DNA of 63,933 nucleotides, filler included, from Olpidium bornovanus S191 (Eukaryota > Fungi > Olpidiomycota): the NCBI GenBank assembly GCA_017911155.1. It is 29 parts of 29 records of this genome, joined end to end, with 100 filler letters (N's around TTAATTAATTAA, not from the genome) between each part and the next. Parts side by side here need not be neighbours in the genome. Positions count along the whole stretch, not along the records: positions 1 to 4,939 come from JAEFCI010001363.1; positions 5,040 to 6,723 come from JAEFCI010009590.1; positions 6,824 to 9,028 come from JAEFCI010005884.1; positions 9,129 to 10,933 come from JAEFCI010012573.1; 25 more parts are not named here. The stretch is one strand, 5' to 3'. Below, piece after piece: positions 1-10,200 of this stretch; position 1 is the stretch's first letter, and each line of letters opens with the position of its first letter. The position numbers were made by a program, and so were the translations under genes. The notes under the pieces were generated by a model. That model worked only from the letters and a program-made list of their open reading frames with translations. It did no database searches and was not told where the DNA came from.

Positions 1-16
1 CCGGGGGGCCGCGGGG

Positions 17-78
<62 letters not shown>

Positions 79-798
79 GAGAAAGGAGCGCGCGGGAGAT
101 GCTTCGGGAGAGTCGCGCGGAGGCGGCGCCCGGTTACTTACCCGGGCCCGCTCGAAAAAATATCCAAAAACCCGGCCGCCCCCCCCCCCCCCCCCCCCCC
201 CCCGCCCCCTTTCCCCCCCCCCCCCCCCCCTCCCCCGCCTTACACACACGCGCACACACGCGCACACGCCCCGGAAGACGCGAGCGAGGAGGGAAAGGAA
301 AAAAAGAATTGTTAGGAATAAAAGGGGAACCACGAGCTACCGTAGCACTGCGTAGCACTCCCTTCCAAACCGTTAAACTCCCCGTCCAACCATTGACTTT
401 CCCTTGCCCAAAGGAAGAGAAGCCGTTCGTCGGCACACCGCTCTCGCCGTCCATCGGCCTCCCGCTCACGCCGTCCGTCGGCGCTCGCGAAGAGAAGCCG
501 TCCGTCGGCGGTCGAGAAGAAAAGACATCCGTCGACGACTACCCAAAAAAAAAAAAAAAAAAAAAAAAAAACGCCACCCGTTGGCACAACCCAAAACCCC
601 CAAGAAGAGAAGGGACGAAGAGGGCCAACCATGCGGCCGCAACACCTACACCCCGTGCGGTGGACAATTGCGCCATGCTCGAGCTGAAGGAACTACAACG
701 CCAGAGGGAGAACCGCACAAACTGCCATCTGAGGCCTACAGAACCCCGGTGCGAAGAGGACGCACAAGTACCGTTGAGGACTGTGAGCGTGTAGTAAG

Positions 799-893
799 AA
801 GCCCCTCTCAGAGACTCCATACTGACTAGCGTGTCAAGAGTCTCCCAAGCCCCTCCAGAGACTCCATACTGACTTGCGCGTCAAGAGTCTCCC
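799..893 (+). repeat. Two tandem ~48-bp copies, each with an internal inverted repeat GAGACTC...GAGTCTC
   Basis: aagcccctctcagagactccatactgactagcgtgtcaagagtctccc followed by aagcccctccagagactccatactgacttgcgcgtcaagagtctccc. Confidence 0.9.
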
Positions 894-939
894 AACTCTC
901 AGCGAAGACTCAACAAATCGTAGATTCGGTACTCCTCCG

Positions 940-1760
940 CCACGAGCAAATTCAAAAGACATTGAACTCTCGCTCACCCATGCCAAGGACAACCAGCCGG
1001 GTAGCCCCAGGCGCTGGACTACTTGGAGCGACCTGAAGGATGCTTTAAATGAGCATTTTTTTTTCCCAAGGGAACACTACAGAATAATGGAGAAAACTCT
1101 GACCAATCTCTCCCAACGGAAGTGCGGGATCTCGAGAAAAACATTGAACAGTTTAATGAACTCTACATGCAACTGCCGCCACCGAAGAACGAACTGTACT
1201 GGACAATGAAATTCCATGAGGGCCTTACTGGAGATCGCAAGGGCCTTGTCATGATGATGGAGCCTGACTTCAACCACTTGTTTAAAGTGCAAGAAGCAGC
1301 AAGACGGGATCTGCGCATCATGGGAGACACGGATAGACGACCCCCTCAAGGTGCCGGAGTAGCGGGGACGTCAAACAAGCCGCTACTGTGCCAAACGGTC
1401 ACGCCAACTGCCATGCTGATGAAAAGCAATTGGGGCAACAACGCCAAAATTACATGCTACAACTGTTGTAAATGAGGTCTCATCGCAAGAGAGTGCCGTT
1501 CACCGCCAAAGCACAAACCCCGAAAGGACAGAAATGGTAGAACGTCAAATGAGTCCCCAGGTCCAACCAACGCCAGCGTTGCCTTCTATGCGGGAAAAAA
1601 GGATTCAAAGCAGGAGAACTTTCGTGCTGTCCTGGACAGTGGGTGCACTTGCCAAATGCTCAACCAACAAGAGTGGTTTGCGTCTATGAGCCCCACTTCC
1701 CAAGCAGTATGGACTGCAATGAAGGACAATGATCAGCATGTCAATGCTCAAGGAAATGTG
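940..1760 (+). mobile_element. Degenerate LTR-retrotransposon gag-protease: Retrotrans_gag-type capsid, CCHC knuckle remnant, copia-type aspartic protease
   Basis: TWSDLKDALNEHFFFPREH..., frameshift, DLEKNIEQFNELYMQLP...KFHEGL; CYNCCK*GLIAREC at 1456-1497; in-frame AVLDSGCTCQMLNQQEWFASM from about 1626; cut off at 1760 by TGTAAC. Confidence 0.85.
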
Positions 1761-2054
1761 TGTAACGAGCGAAGTACATAATCTGCGCGTAGCGCTGTCT
1801 GGAGATTGTATTTCCTACACATCGGCGAGCTCCGCTCCCTCAGAGATAGCGCCAGGGTTACCCCTGATCTTGTACCTGATCTTTCTCTCTCTCTCTCTCT
1901 TCCTGTGATGGCAGCGCCCGCACGCCGCCGGTCACGTGATCACGCACATAAACGCCTCGCACGCCGCACTCCTCCTCCTTTTCTCTTCTTCCCGTAACCA
2001 ATTCAAAGGAGAGTGACCGCGTCAAAAGGGAGAGCTTTACGCTGTCCCGCGTCA
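1761..2054 (+). mobile_element. Probable 5' LTR (TG...CA, 294 bp) inserted into the older gag-protease
   Basis: Begins TGTAACG exactly where the protease frame stops; ends GTCA immediately before a PBS. Confidence 0.65.
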
Positions 2055-2066
2055 GGTTATGAGCCC
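2055..2066 (+). promoter_or_regulatory. Primer-binding site GGTTATGAGCCC (initiator tRNA-Met anticodon-arm, half-tRNA type)
   Basis: Complement of GGGCUCAUAACC of fungal tRNAiMet; directly follows CA. Confidence 0.85.
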
Positions 2067-2770
2067 AAGCTGGACGTGAGCCCTCCCCGAAGTCGATAAA
2101 CCGGGCGTGTACTCCCCGGTCACCCTTGCGCGCATCCTTCCGCCGTCGCCGCGCGCCACCGCCGCGCGCCCACCGTCGCCGGCGCAACCGCGCGCATCCT
2201 TTACGCCTCCGCCGCGCAACCGCCGCGCGCCACGGCCGCCGCCGCCGCCGCGCTGTTGTACTAGTTTTGTACATTAATCGGAAAGCGGGGTCAGTCGTTA
2301 AGCCCCAGGGCTTCTCTAGGGCTTGAAGGGAAAAAGCGAATGACAGGGAAAAACCGCTTTGTTCTCTCTCTCTCTCTCTCTTTCGAACTCCCCGGGCGAT
2401 CCGCCGGTTCCGTTCTGTTTGTTCGCGTCCTCTATTCCTCTCTAGGCTAAAACAACTCGGACCGACGTGTTCGTGCTCTAGGAGGGGATGGGGGGGCTTT
2501 CTCTCGCACAAGGTTTTTATATACCAGTCGGCAGTCCTCGCCGCCGCTCTTTTTCCGCCTCCGTTTTCCTTTCCAGGCCGCGCGTTACGCGTCGTGTTCA
2601 AGCGTCTTATTTCTTCCCCGCAGCTCGGTTCCGCGGCGAAATAAATCGATATTCCGGCCCCCCCCCCCCTCTCCTTCCCGACGCGTCCTCCTCTCGATCC
2701 TCACCCGCACGGCCCCCTCCTTCCTCGGGCGGTCCGTCACCACGCCTGGAAATTCTTCCACAGCGCGCCC

Positions 2771-2870
2771 ACCGCCGCCGTCGCCGCGCGCCACCGCCGC
2801 CGTCGCCGCGCGCCACCGCCGCCGTCGCCGCGCGCCACCGCCGCCGCCGCCGCGCGCCCACCGCCGCCGC
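2771..2870 (+). repeat. 22-bp GC-rich minisatellite x4 (accgccgccgtcgccgcgcgcc); related array at 2140-2250
   Basis: Units start at 2771, 2793, 2815, 2837. Confidence 0.9.
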
Positions 2871-3754
2871 CACTGCGGTCATCCTTTCGGTCTCGCCGGC
2901 GCAACCGCGGCCATCCTGCCACAAAGGAAAACCAAAACAAGGTCAGCGCGTCGTCAGCAGCACCAACGAGCAGGTCGGCATCTGTCGGTGGCACGATACA
3001 GACACGCGGCAGGACGGCGAGAGCAGCAACTGCAGCTCACGCTTTCTCGTCAGCTGCGCCTGCACCCCGCACCGGGACAGCAGGATGACGTTCAACCCGA
3101 GCGACATTGTCAACACCAGCAAGGAGAGCGCCCTCGGATTCGGTTTCACCACGTCTGACACGCCGTGCCCTCCGCCTACACTCCCTGGTGGCTTCCCGTC
3201 AGGTCTGACCCCCGCATCAATGGCTGCGCTTTTGGGAAAATGGGCAAGCAGTTGAAGACAGGCGGCGGCGGGCCTTGTGGAAAGTCGTTGTTCCAGCTTT
3301 TCCACTCAAAACTCCAAAACTCGGCCTCTGAATTCCAGTAATCTCGAGCTTCCTCTCCGTCTCTCCTCCTCTCTTCCTCTCTTACTCCTTCTGTAGTTCG
3401 TTCTGCTCTACGGCTCTAGCACTGCTCGAGGACGTGTTCATTCTACTCTATGAGGGTTTTCGCCGCGCGTGGGTGTTCGGGGAGTCGCTACGGGATTTTC
3501 GAAGGCGGGGGGAGGGAAGAAATTTCTAGTTCCTTTTAGGGGCGGGGGGATCCATACGCGTGCCGAGGCACAACGTGTATCTATTCCTTTCCAGCAGCCT
3601 TTCCGGCAGCCCAGCCTGTTGCCCCCATTCTTTGGTGGCGTCTTGGAATTTTTTTTATAATCGTGGTTTTCTCCGTAACAGATTTGAACAGATTTGGAAT
3701 TCTTCCACTCTCCCTCCGTACGCCCGACCCCCCTGAGCTTCTCACTTCACAACA

Positions 3755-4282
3755 GTGCTACCTTTTCCGGTCACCCCGCCACGCGGGTTCTTCCCAGGAT
3801 GTCTGCAGTCACTTCCTGACGAGCTTGGGAACCGTCTGCACATCAAACCCACCATCGCTGGACAGGCTGTTGGTGAGGAGCACGTTGCGGCGCGAGTCCC
3901 TGGTGGTGGACTGTCGCAAGACACCGCACACGCTTCCTACGCAGCTGATACATATTTCCCGGTGAGCGAACATGATGAAGAGGTCAAAGTGCCCGAAACC
4001 GGAATATACTCTCAGTATTCTGTTCTGCGCTGTTTTGTCCCCACGACTGCTTCGGCGTACAACCCTTGCCTGTACCCTCCGGGGCCTCACCCCTTTTTCA
4101 GCGAGGGCGTCAGGCATGTCGCAATTGATGCGCATAACAATCAGCACTATGGAGCTCCCAACGACTGGCCGCCACGTCCCTCTGGACCCACGGTATATCC
4201 CATGACGTACGCCCAGTACCCAGCAGCAGCGCATCTGGTGGTAGTGTTGTGGTGTGCGTGGTTCCGGCGAAGGTTTCTGGTG
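3755..4282 (+). CDS. Orphan ORF in the retroelement block, interrupted by the adjacent LTR
   Basis: Open frame of about 175 non-repetitive codons; no family recognised. Confidence 0.25.
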
Positions 4283-4662
4283 TGCCAGGGTTACCCTGGT
4301 ATAAACCGTAAAAAAAAAAGCCAGGTGGGCGCCAAATACTCATCGAGTTTAAGGTTTAGGTTAAGTTTCGAATAGGAAGAAGCCCCTGTTACGTTATTCT
4401 GGTTTTCATTGGTCCATTTCCAATGGGGCTCTGTTTCCGGTGAACCTCCCCTCTCGGGGAATTTTATTCTTGTCCCTATTGGCCTCCACCTTTTCCAAAC
4501 TTTCCGAGCAGCCCCCCCCCCCCCCCCACCCCCCGGAACCCCCCCTTCTTTCAACCCAACCCCCCTGTAATATGCCGGCAAAACTTCGAATTCGGAACTC
4601 AAGTTTTATTCTCGTGTGGTGTTCGGGTTTCATTGTTTGTTTTACGCGTACTCTACGTTACA
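4283..4662 (-). mobile_element. 3' LTR (~380 bp) of a Ty3/gypsy chromovirus
   Basis: Minus strand GGGGAGG polypurine tract (4663-4669), then TGTAAC; ends CA at 4283; homologous to 49223-49480. Confidence 0.75.
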
Positions 4663-4701
4663 CCTCCCCAAAGCTCGACTTCTAGGAGCTTTTCGCTTCC
4701 G

Positions 4702-4939
4702 TCATTGATTCACATGACGAGTCTCGTACTCTAAAACCACAGTCGGTGCAGCCTGTGCAAGCTCCATTGCAGCGCGCCAGGAGTCTCTACTGGCATCGCA
4801 TCTGCGCCACCTGACGAAGTACTGTTTGCCGTTCTTGGAGAACTTGTGCTTCAAGATGCGGTCAACAGCAAACTCCTCCTGATTGAGGACGCCTGGTGGA
4901 TGTCCTAGCTGGACCTGTTCCTCCACGTCGTCCCGTTGA
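4702..4939 (-). mobile_element. Chromodomain at the C-terminus of a Ty3/gypsy integrase (partial)
   Basis: EEFAVDRILKHKFSKNGKQYFVRWRRCDASRDSW, followed by PPT and LTR. Confidence 0.85.
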
Positions 4940-5039
4940 NNNNNNNNNNNNNNNNNNNNNNNNNNNNNNNNNNNNNNNNNNNNTTAATTAATTAANNNNN
5001 NNNNNNNNNNNNNNNNNNNNNNNNNNNNNNNNNNNNNNN
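4940..5039. other. Artificial contig spacer (44 N + TTAATTAATTAA + 44 N); 28 such spacers split the window into 29 contigs
   Basis: Identical 100-bp structure at every gap; the 12-mer carries TAA stops in all six frames. Confidence 0.98.
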
Positions 5040-6487
5040 CATGCCGAAGGAAATTTGCGCACGGCGTGCCCGAAGGAATGTCGAACGCGCCGCTTGCCAA
5101 GTCCTCCACGCGCACCGTCTGGCCGATAATATGTCGTTACAAGAAGGACGTGACTTTGTTCCCTCGGCCTATTCTATGCTCAGCTTCGCTTACGAGCAAC
5201 GGAGGCCCTTCCACCACGCTTGTGGTCGGCTCAGCCGACCACTCCCTGAAAGTCCTCCGGTGTCTGCCGCCCGTTGCGGCCACGGACCACGCGGACGCGC
5301 GGAGCCTCGAGCAGCAGCCGCTAACGCTGCATACGAAGCAGTACGGGCATTCCGAGTGGGTCACGACCTGCGCAATGTTCTGCGACGGACGAGTTGTCTC
5401 CGGCGGCATGGACGGCCGCGTCTGCCTGTGGGACAAAGACAGGGCGAGGTGCACCGAACTTGCCGGCGGCAACCTCCGCTGGAAGCAGCCCGGCGGCAAA
5501 CGGAACACCGCGGCGCGCGAGGGGCCGATGACGCAGACAGCGGTGGGGTTTTCCGTGTCCAAAGTCAAGACGGGCGTGATTTGCGCTGCCCGATCCAACG
5601 GCGGGGGAGAAAACGACTCCGGGTACGCCTCGATGGGGTTTGCAGCATCGTACGACGGGGCCGTGCGAGGGTGGAAGGTGGCCGGCGGGGCCGCTTCGCG
5701 CGCGGCGCCCGAGGTTGAGTTGCGGGGCGTCCATGGGCGGAACCCCGTCGTAAACTTCGTCTGGAGCGCCGAGAGCCCGGCAGACCAGACCACCGGCGTC
5801 GACACGCGGGGGGTCCCGCACGGAGAGGGGGCGAACCGGGTCTTCACGGGCGGCAAAGACTCGAAGCTCGGCGTCTGGGACGTGGAGACGGGGAAGCCTG
5901 TGGTGGTGTTCACCGGGACCGAAGGCCCGGTCGAGCACCTGGCGCACGACCCCGCTGTGAGCCCGAACGTCGTCGCCTCCGCTGGCCGGGGTGACGGCCG
6001 CGTCCTGCTGTGGGACGTGCGGGACAGGCGGTGCGCGTCGAAGCGGAAAGCCGGAGGAGCCGGCTCTCCGATCGACGACAGCGTCCTCTTCCTGGGCTCG
6101 GATGGATCCGTTGGGGAGGATGCCACGCCCGCGCTCGTCGCGATCACCACTTCGGGCATCGTGACGATCGCCCCGCAGGCGGGGAAGGCGCATTTTGAGA
6201 GGGTGGCCGTCCCCGCCGGCCGGGTCACGGCCGCCTGTCTTTCAAGAGGGTATCTCTTCGCAGGATATGTCGACGGATGCATCCGAGTCGTCGACATTGG
6301 CAGCCGGACCGCGGTCGCCGAATTGGTGCCTTGGACCGAGGCTAGTTCTGACGGCCGACGATCCGCCGGCGTCGCAATCCGCTGCATCTCGGTCATTCAG
6401 GGGGGAACGGTACATCGCAGAGGGCTCCGTGGGTGCCGTATCTACGCGGGCGACGACGACGGCGAACTGCGACTTTGGAGTCTTTAG
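5040..6487 (+). CDS. WD40-repeat protein (5' partial)
   Basis: GHSEWVTT...VSGGMDGRVCLWD, FTGGKDSKLGVWD, ASAGRGDGRVLLWD, FAGYVDGCIRVVD, YAGDDDGELRLWS. Confidence 0.9.
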
Positions 6488-6642
6488 CAAGGTTTTTGCT
6501 TCATTCCACTGTGAAAACCCACACCCATTCAGCTGTTGGCGAAACATCTTTGGTGCCATAGCCAGTCAAACAAGCACTAGCCGGCTGGAAAAATGGGTCG
6601 TTCGGCCGGTTTACACTAAGCAAAACCTCGGCTGCGGGCACC

Positions 6643-6682
<40 letters not shown>

Positions 6683-6942
6683 GGAAGGGGGGGGGGGGGG
6701 GGGGGGGGGTAGTCGGGGGGGGGNNNNNNNNNNNNNNNNNNNNNNNNNNNNNNNNNNNNNNNNNNNNTTAATTAATTAANNNNNNNNNNNNNNNNNNNNN
6801 NNNNNNNNNNNNNNNNNNNNNNNACATGCGGAAAAGCGGCGGAGGAGCACCAACGTGCATACGCACAGACCATTGAAATTGAGTCTGCAGAGTTGATGGG
6901 ATGATATCGTGACTGCCATTCAAATCCGGGGCCAATTAGTAT

Positions 6943-8226
6943 GTGGGAACATACATCTACCCTGTTCAACTCCCTTTGAAAGAGTCCCGGTCCCACTCGG
7001 ACGTCGCTCCTCCGACCTTTCTGAACCTTCGGCAGTCGGGAACATGTCGCCCCACCCTGGCGAACCGGGCAACACGCGCGTCGGAATGCGAGCATCTTTG
7101 GATTGTGCAACATGCGTGTGGTGGGGCCCGTTTTGGGCGGGAGGTCGCCCGGGTGCCCCCGAAATGGGCAGGCTCCGGCGGGGAAGCCGGGAAATTGCAA
7201 CGGGGATGTAAAAAGCCTCGCCTGCTGCACGAAAATACGATGCCGACGTCGTTGCCTTTCTCGCCGGGCGCGCCGCGGCAGCTTGTCCGGCGGTGGGCAA
7301 CCGTACCCAGGAGAAAAGCTGCGTGCTGCCCAATCCCGTCGTCGTCGTGCCGGTCGGTGGCCGCGCGGCAGGTGCACTCAGACGCCCCAGAGCCGACACC
7401 GGCGGCGGCGGAGGAGATAAACGGCCCGCCTCTTGAAACCTGTCTCGACGCCCGGGAAGAAGTCACAGAGACCGAGGTTGCGCTGCCGGTCGATTTCACA
7501 CGAGCAGACGCACAGGAGAAGAGCAGGTGGCAGGAGCGCGCAGACATCGCAAAGCCGACGCCGGCGGTGGTGGAGCAAGACGCGCCTGTCCGGACGGGCC
7601 CGTACGCGCGGCTGAAAGTTGCCCAGGTCGAGGACGCACAGCCGGTTGACTTCCCAGGAAGAAACGCACGGCGGCGGAGCAGGTATAAGGAGGAAGCAGA
7701 CCGCTTGGTCACACACGCTCGTGAGCTCTCAGCTGTGCTGAAAAAGAACGACACAAGGCCAGTGGCGCCCATTGTTCCCCCTTTGGAGCCGCCGCGGAGA
7801 GGAATGCTTGTCTCGCCATTCCAAACGACTCCATACTACCCGGATATGGACCCAGCCGCAGAGAAGCTAAGGGAGGTGGAGAGGAGGACCAATGCGTCGC
7901 TCAATGGCAACGTGCTGCAGGCTCTCAGGTACTCGCCTCTGTACAATTTTACGGCGGTGACTCAGCCGCGCACTTCGGGGTCAACGAGTTCTTCTCCGGT
8001 CTCGCCAGTCCGTCCCTCACCGACGACCCAGAAAAGGTCATTGTCTGGGATTTGCAAGCTCCAGGCTTGCCATCTGGACCGAAGCCTCTACGTTGCCGAG
8101 GAAGCATACGTACCAGCCACGCTGGCTTTTCACGTGGATCCGGAAGGAGCAACGCAGGAATTCGGCTTGGAACCCTGTTTGCTTGCGGATGACGATACGC
8201 CTAACACGGTTAGGAACATTTGGTGA
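6943..8226 (+). CDS. Hypothetical, largely disordered protein
   Basis: 427-aa open frame; no domain recognised; true start uncertain. Confidence 0.45.
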   Translation: MGTYIYPVQLPLKESRSHSDVAPPTFLNLRQSGTCRPTLANRATRASECEHLWIVQHACGGARFGREVARVPPKWAGSGGEAGKLQRGCKKPRLLHENTMPTSLPFSPGAPRQLVRRWATVPRRKAACCPIPSSSCRSVAARQVHSDAPEPTPAAAEEINGPPLETCLDAREEVTETEVALPVDFTRADAQEKSRWQERADIAKPTPAVVEQDAPVRTGPYARLKVAQVEDAQPVDFPGRNARRRSRYKEEADRLVTHARELSAVLKKNDTRPVAPIVPPLEPPRRGMLVSPFQTTPYYPDMDPAAEKLREVERRTNASLNGNVLQALRYSPLYNFTAVTQPRTSGSTSSSPVSPVRPSPTTQKRSLSGICKLQACHLDRSLYVAEEAYVPATLAFHVDPEGATQEFGLEPCLLADDDTPNTVRNIW

Positions 8227-8660
8227 GGTTGGCACCGCACATTAGCACCCGCGTAAAATGGCCTCCGTTAATGGCCTCTTCGAAGTCAACAGGTGCGTTT
8301 TTGTAGTCTTATTGACAGCATGCGACGCAATTAGGTCTGGCTCTCTTTTTCTACCGCTGGGCATTATTTATCACGGCGATGGTTAGTTGGCGCACAAGAA
8401 TAACAACTTACGATCAGTTGAACTTTTCATAGATGATCTCTTCAAAAATGATAATTCCCATTGATGTAATCGTCGACAAACCTTTCTCATTTTTGCACGA
8501 TATTTTGCACGATGATTTTGCCTCGGGTGTTCCGCTTTCATGTAAAAATAACCCCCCCGAAGAAAAATGGAGGAATGGCGGCGCCTTCAAACCCCACAAC
8601 AAAAAACTGCCTCGCTTTTGCTTAACACGGCAGGAAGGCAAAATAACCCCGGTCGGCGCT

Positions 8661-9028
8661 TCACCCTCCGTTCGACCGACTGCTCAACGGCACGAACAAC
8701 AGCTCGACTGATTTTTTGACGGATTCGTCGCGGAAGCCGCGGAAGCCGCGGACGCCCCCAGCAGGCAGCCCTCCCTGCCACCCCAAATTCTGTCGGACGA
8801 TACCTGGCTCCGTCAGATTCTCCACGCGCCGCGGCACCGGCGCAACGAGATTGGCAGGCAATTCGGCATCCGGCGACGGGGCGGAGACTTTGTCGGCGAG
8901 AAATTGACATTGAATATATGCATCGTCGACGAGTGGGTTGGGAGGCGGATCGTAGTCCTGACCCAAAGGCTCGTCGTCCCCCCAGTATTGAATGCCCGAC
9001 GGCAGGAACAAAAACTCGAGTTCGCATG
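8661..9028 (-). CDS. Partial member of an unknown family, paralog of the 20941-22153 gene
   Basis: ELEFLFLPSGIQYWG...DYDPPPNPLVDDAYIQ...VS...AEL aligns without gaps to the 21314 ORF. Confidence 0.7.
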
Positions 9029-9128
9029 NNNNNNNNNNNNNNNNNNNNNNNNNNNNNNNNNNNNNNNNNNNNTTAATTAATTAANNNNNNNNNNNNNNNN
9101 NNNNNNNNNNNNNNNNNNNNNNNNNNNN

Positions 9129-10200
9129 CCAGCCTGTACTGTAGCCGACGGCAACGAACACCGGAGTTTCCGTGCTAGACGTTCGCAAAATTTCTCTGGA
9201 ATTACGAACGAACTACTGGGGCTGATCCTTCCACCTCGCTGTTGAAAGTCCGTACCTTGCGCACTGCGACGGCGGGACAAACAGCGGTAGGCAAGATATG
9301 GCCGTGATGGTTTCCCTACGGCCGGAGGGACGCTGAGAAAGGTGAACGACTGCGTTGAGATGCCGTACACCTTCTTCTGACTATTGCGGGTTCAGGGTAC
9401 GAACCATTCCAAAAAAAACGGACGAACCTGTCTTCGAGGCAACCCGAACCTTGACCGACAATTTCCATGCCTACGTCGGCAGAGGCGGCGGAGACGTTCT
9501 CCGTGCGACGGGCGTGTCTACTCTCCTTCCGGGCGAGAACGAAGAACTGCTTTTTCGCTGCGCACGCGATCCGCTCGCCGCCCTCCAGGATGGAAAACTT
9601 GCTGTTCCGGTCCAACACGAGTACCCCATCGGAGTCGCCGTTGCCGGGGGCAGCGGACAGGTTTGCGGTGCTGGAGCCGGACGAGATTGACTCCGCGGAC
9701 CTGCTCCGACCGGAGACGTGCGAGGTAGGGTGCTATCGGTGTGGGGCGGGGGAAGTGGTGGGTGGTGACCAACAGTTTTCCCAGTTACGTGACGAAAGAA
9801 AGGTCAGCGTTCACCGCCGGATACACGCTCGATGCCAGACCGGAGAGGGACGGGGAGGAGGAAGGAGGAATCTTACCGCATCCCTCTCGGCGAAAAGCGG
9901 CGACGCCGGCGACGGCGCGTTTTCGGGCGAGGGGAGAGAGTCGTAGTTTCTCCGCTGATGCGACGCGCGGGCGATGCCGGCGACAACCTCTCGGGGAAGT
10001 CGCGCGTGCGGACGCAGCGAAAGGGAAAGCGCGGGCGGCGCAGGCGAACCGCCGGGCGAGCGCGGGGAGGCGGCGGTGGCGACTGTTGCAACGACGACGG
10101 CGGCCCTTCCGCGCGGGAACTCGCGTTCTGCTTGGGGGTCGGGCGACGCTACGGTGGATTCGCCGGCAGCGCCAGGGTAAGCGGCAGCAGAAGCCAAACC
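9129..10200 (-). CDS. Hypothetical spliced protein (partial)
   Basis: Minus-strand frames joinable through GT-AG introns (donors near 9875 and 9420); no family recognised. Confidence 0.35.

Noticed and set aside
1-80. Long terminal G-run as telomere or G4 element
   Set aside because: Pure homopolymer at a contig end, like many others here; typical of sequencing dropout
1850-1864. gccagggttaccc shared between the 1761 LTR and the 4283 LTR end
   Set aside because: Only 13 nt including a palindrome; flanks do not align
4984-4995. Regularly recurring TTAATTAATTAA palindrome; ORFs ending in X...LIN
   Set aside because: Artificial spacer between contigs; not biological and not a CRISPR repeat
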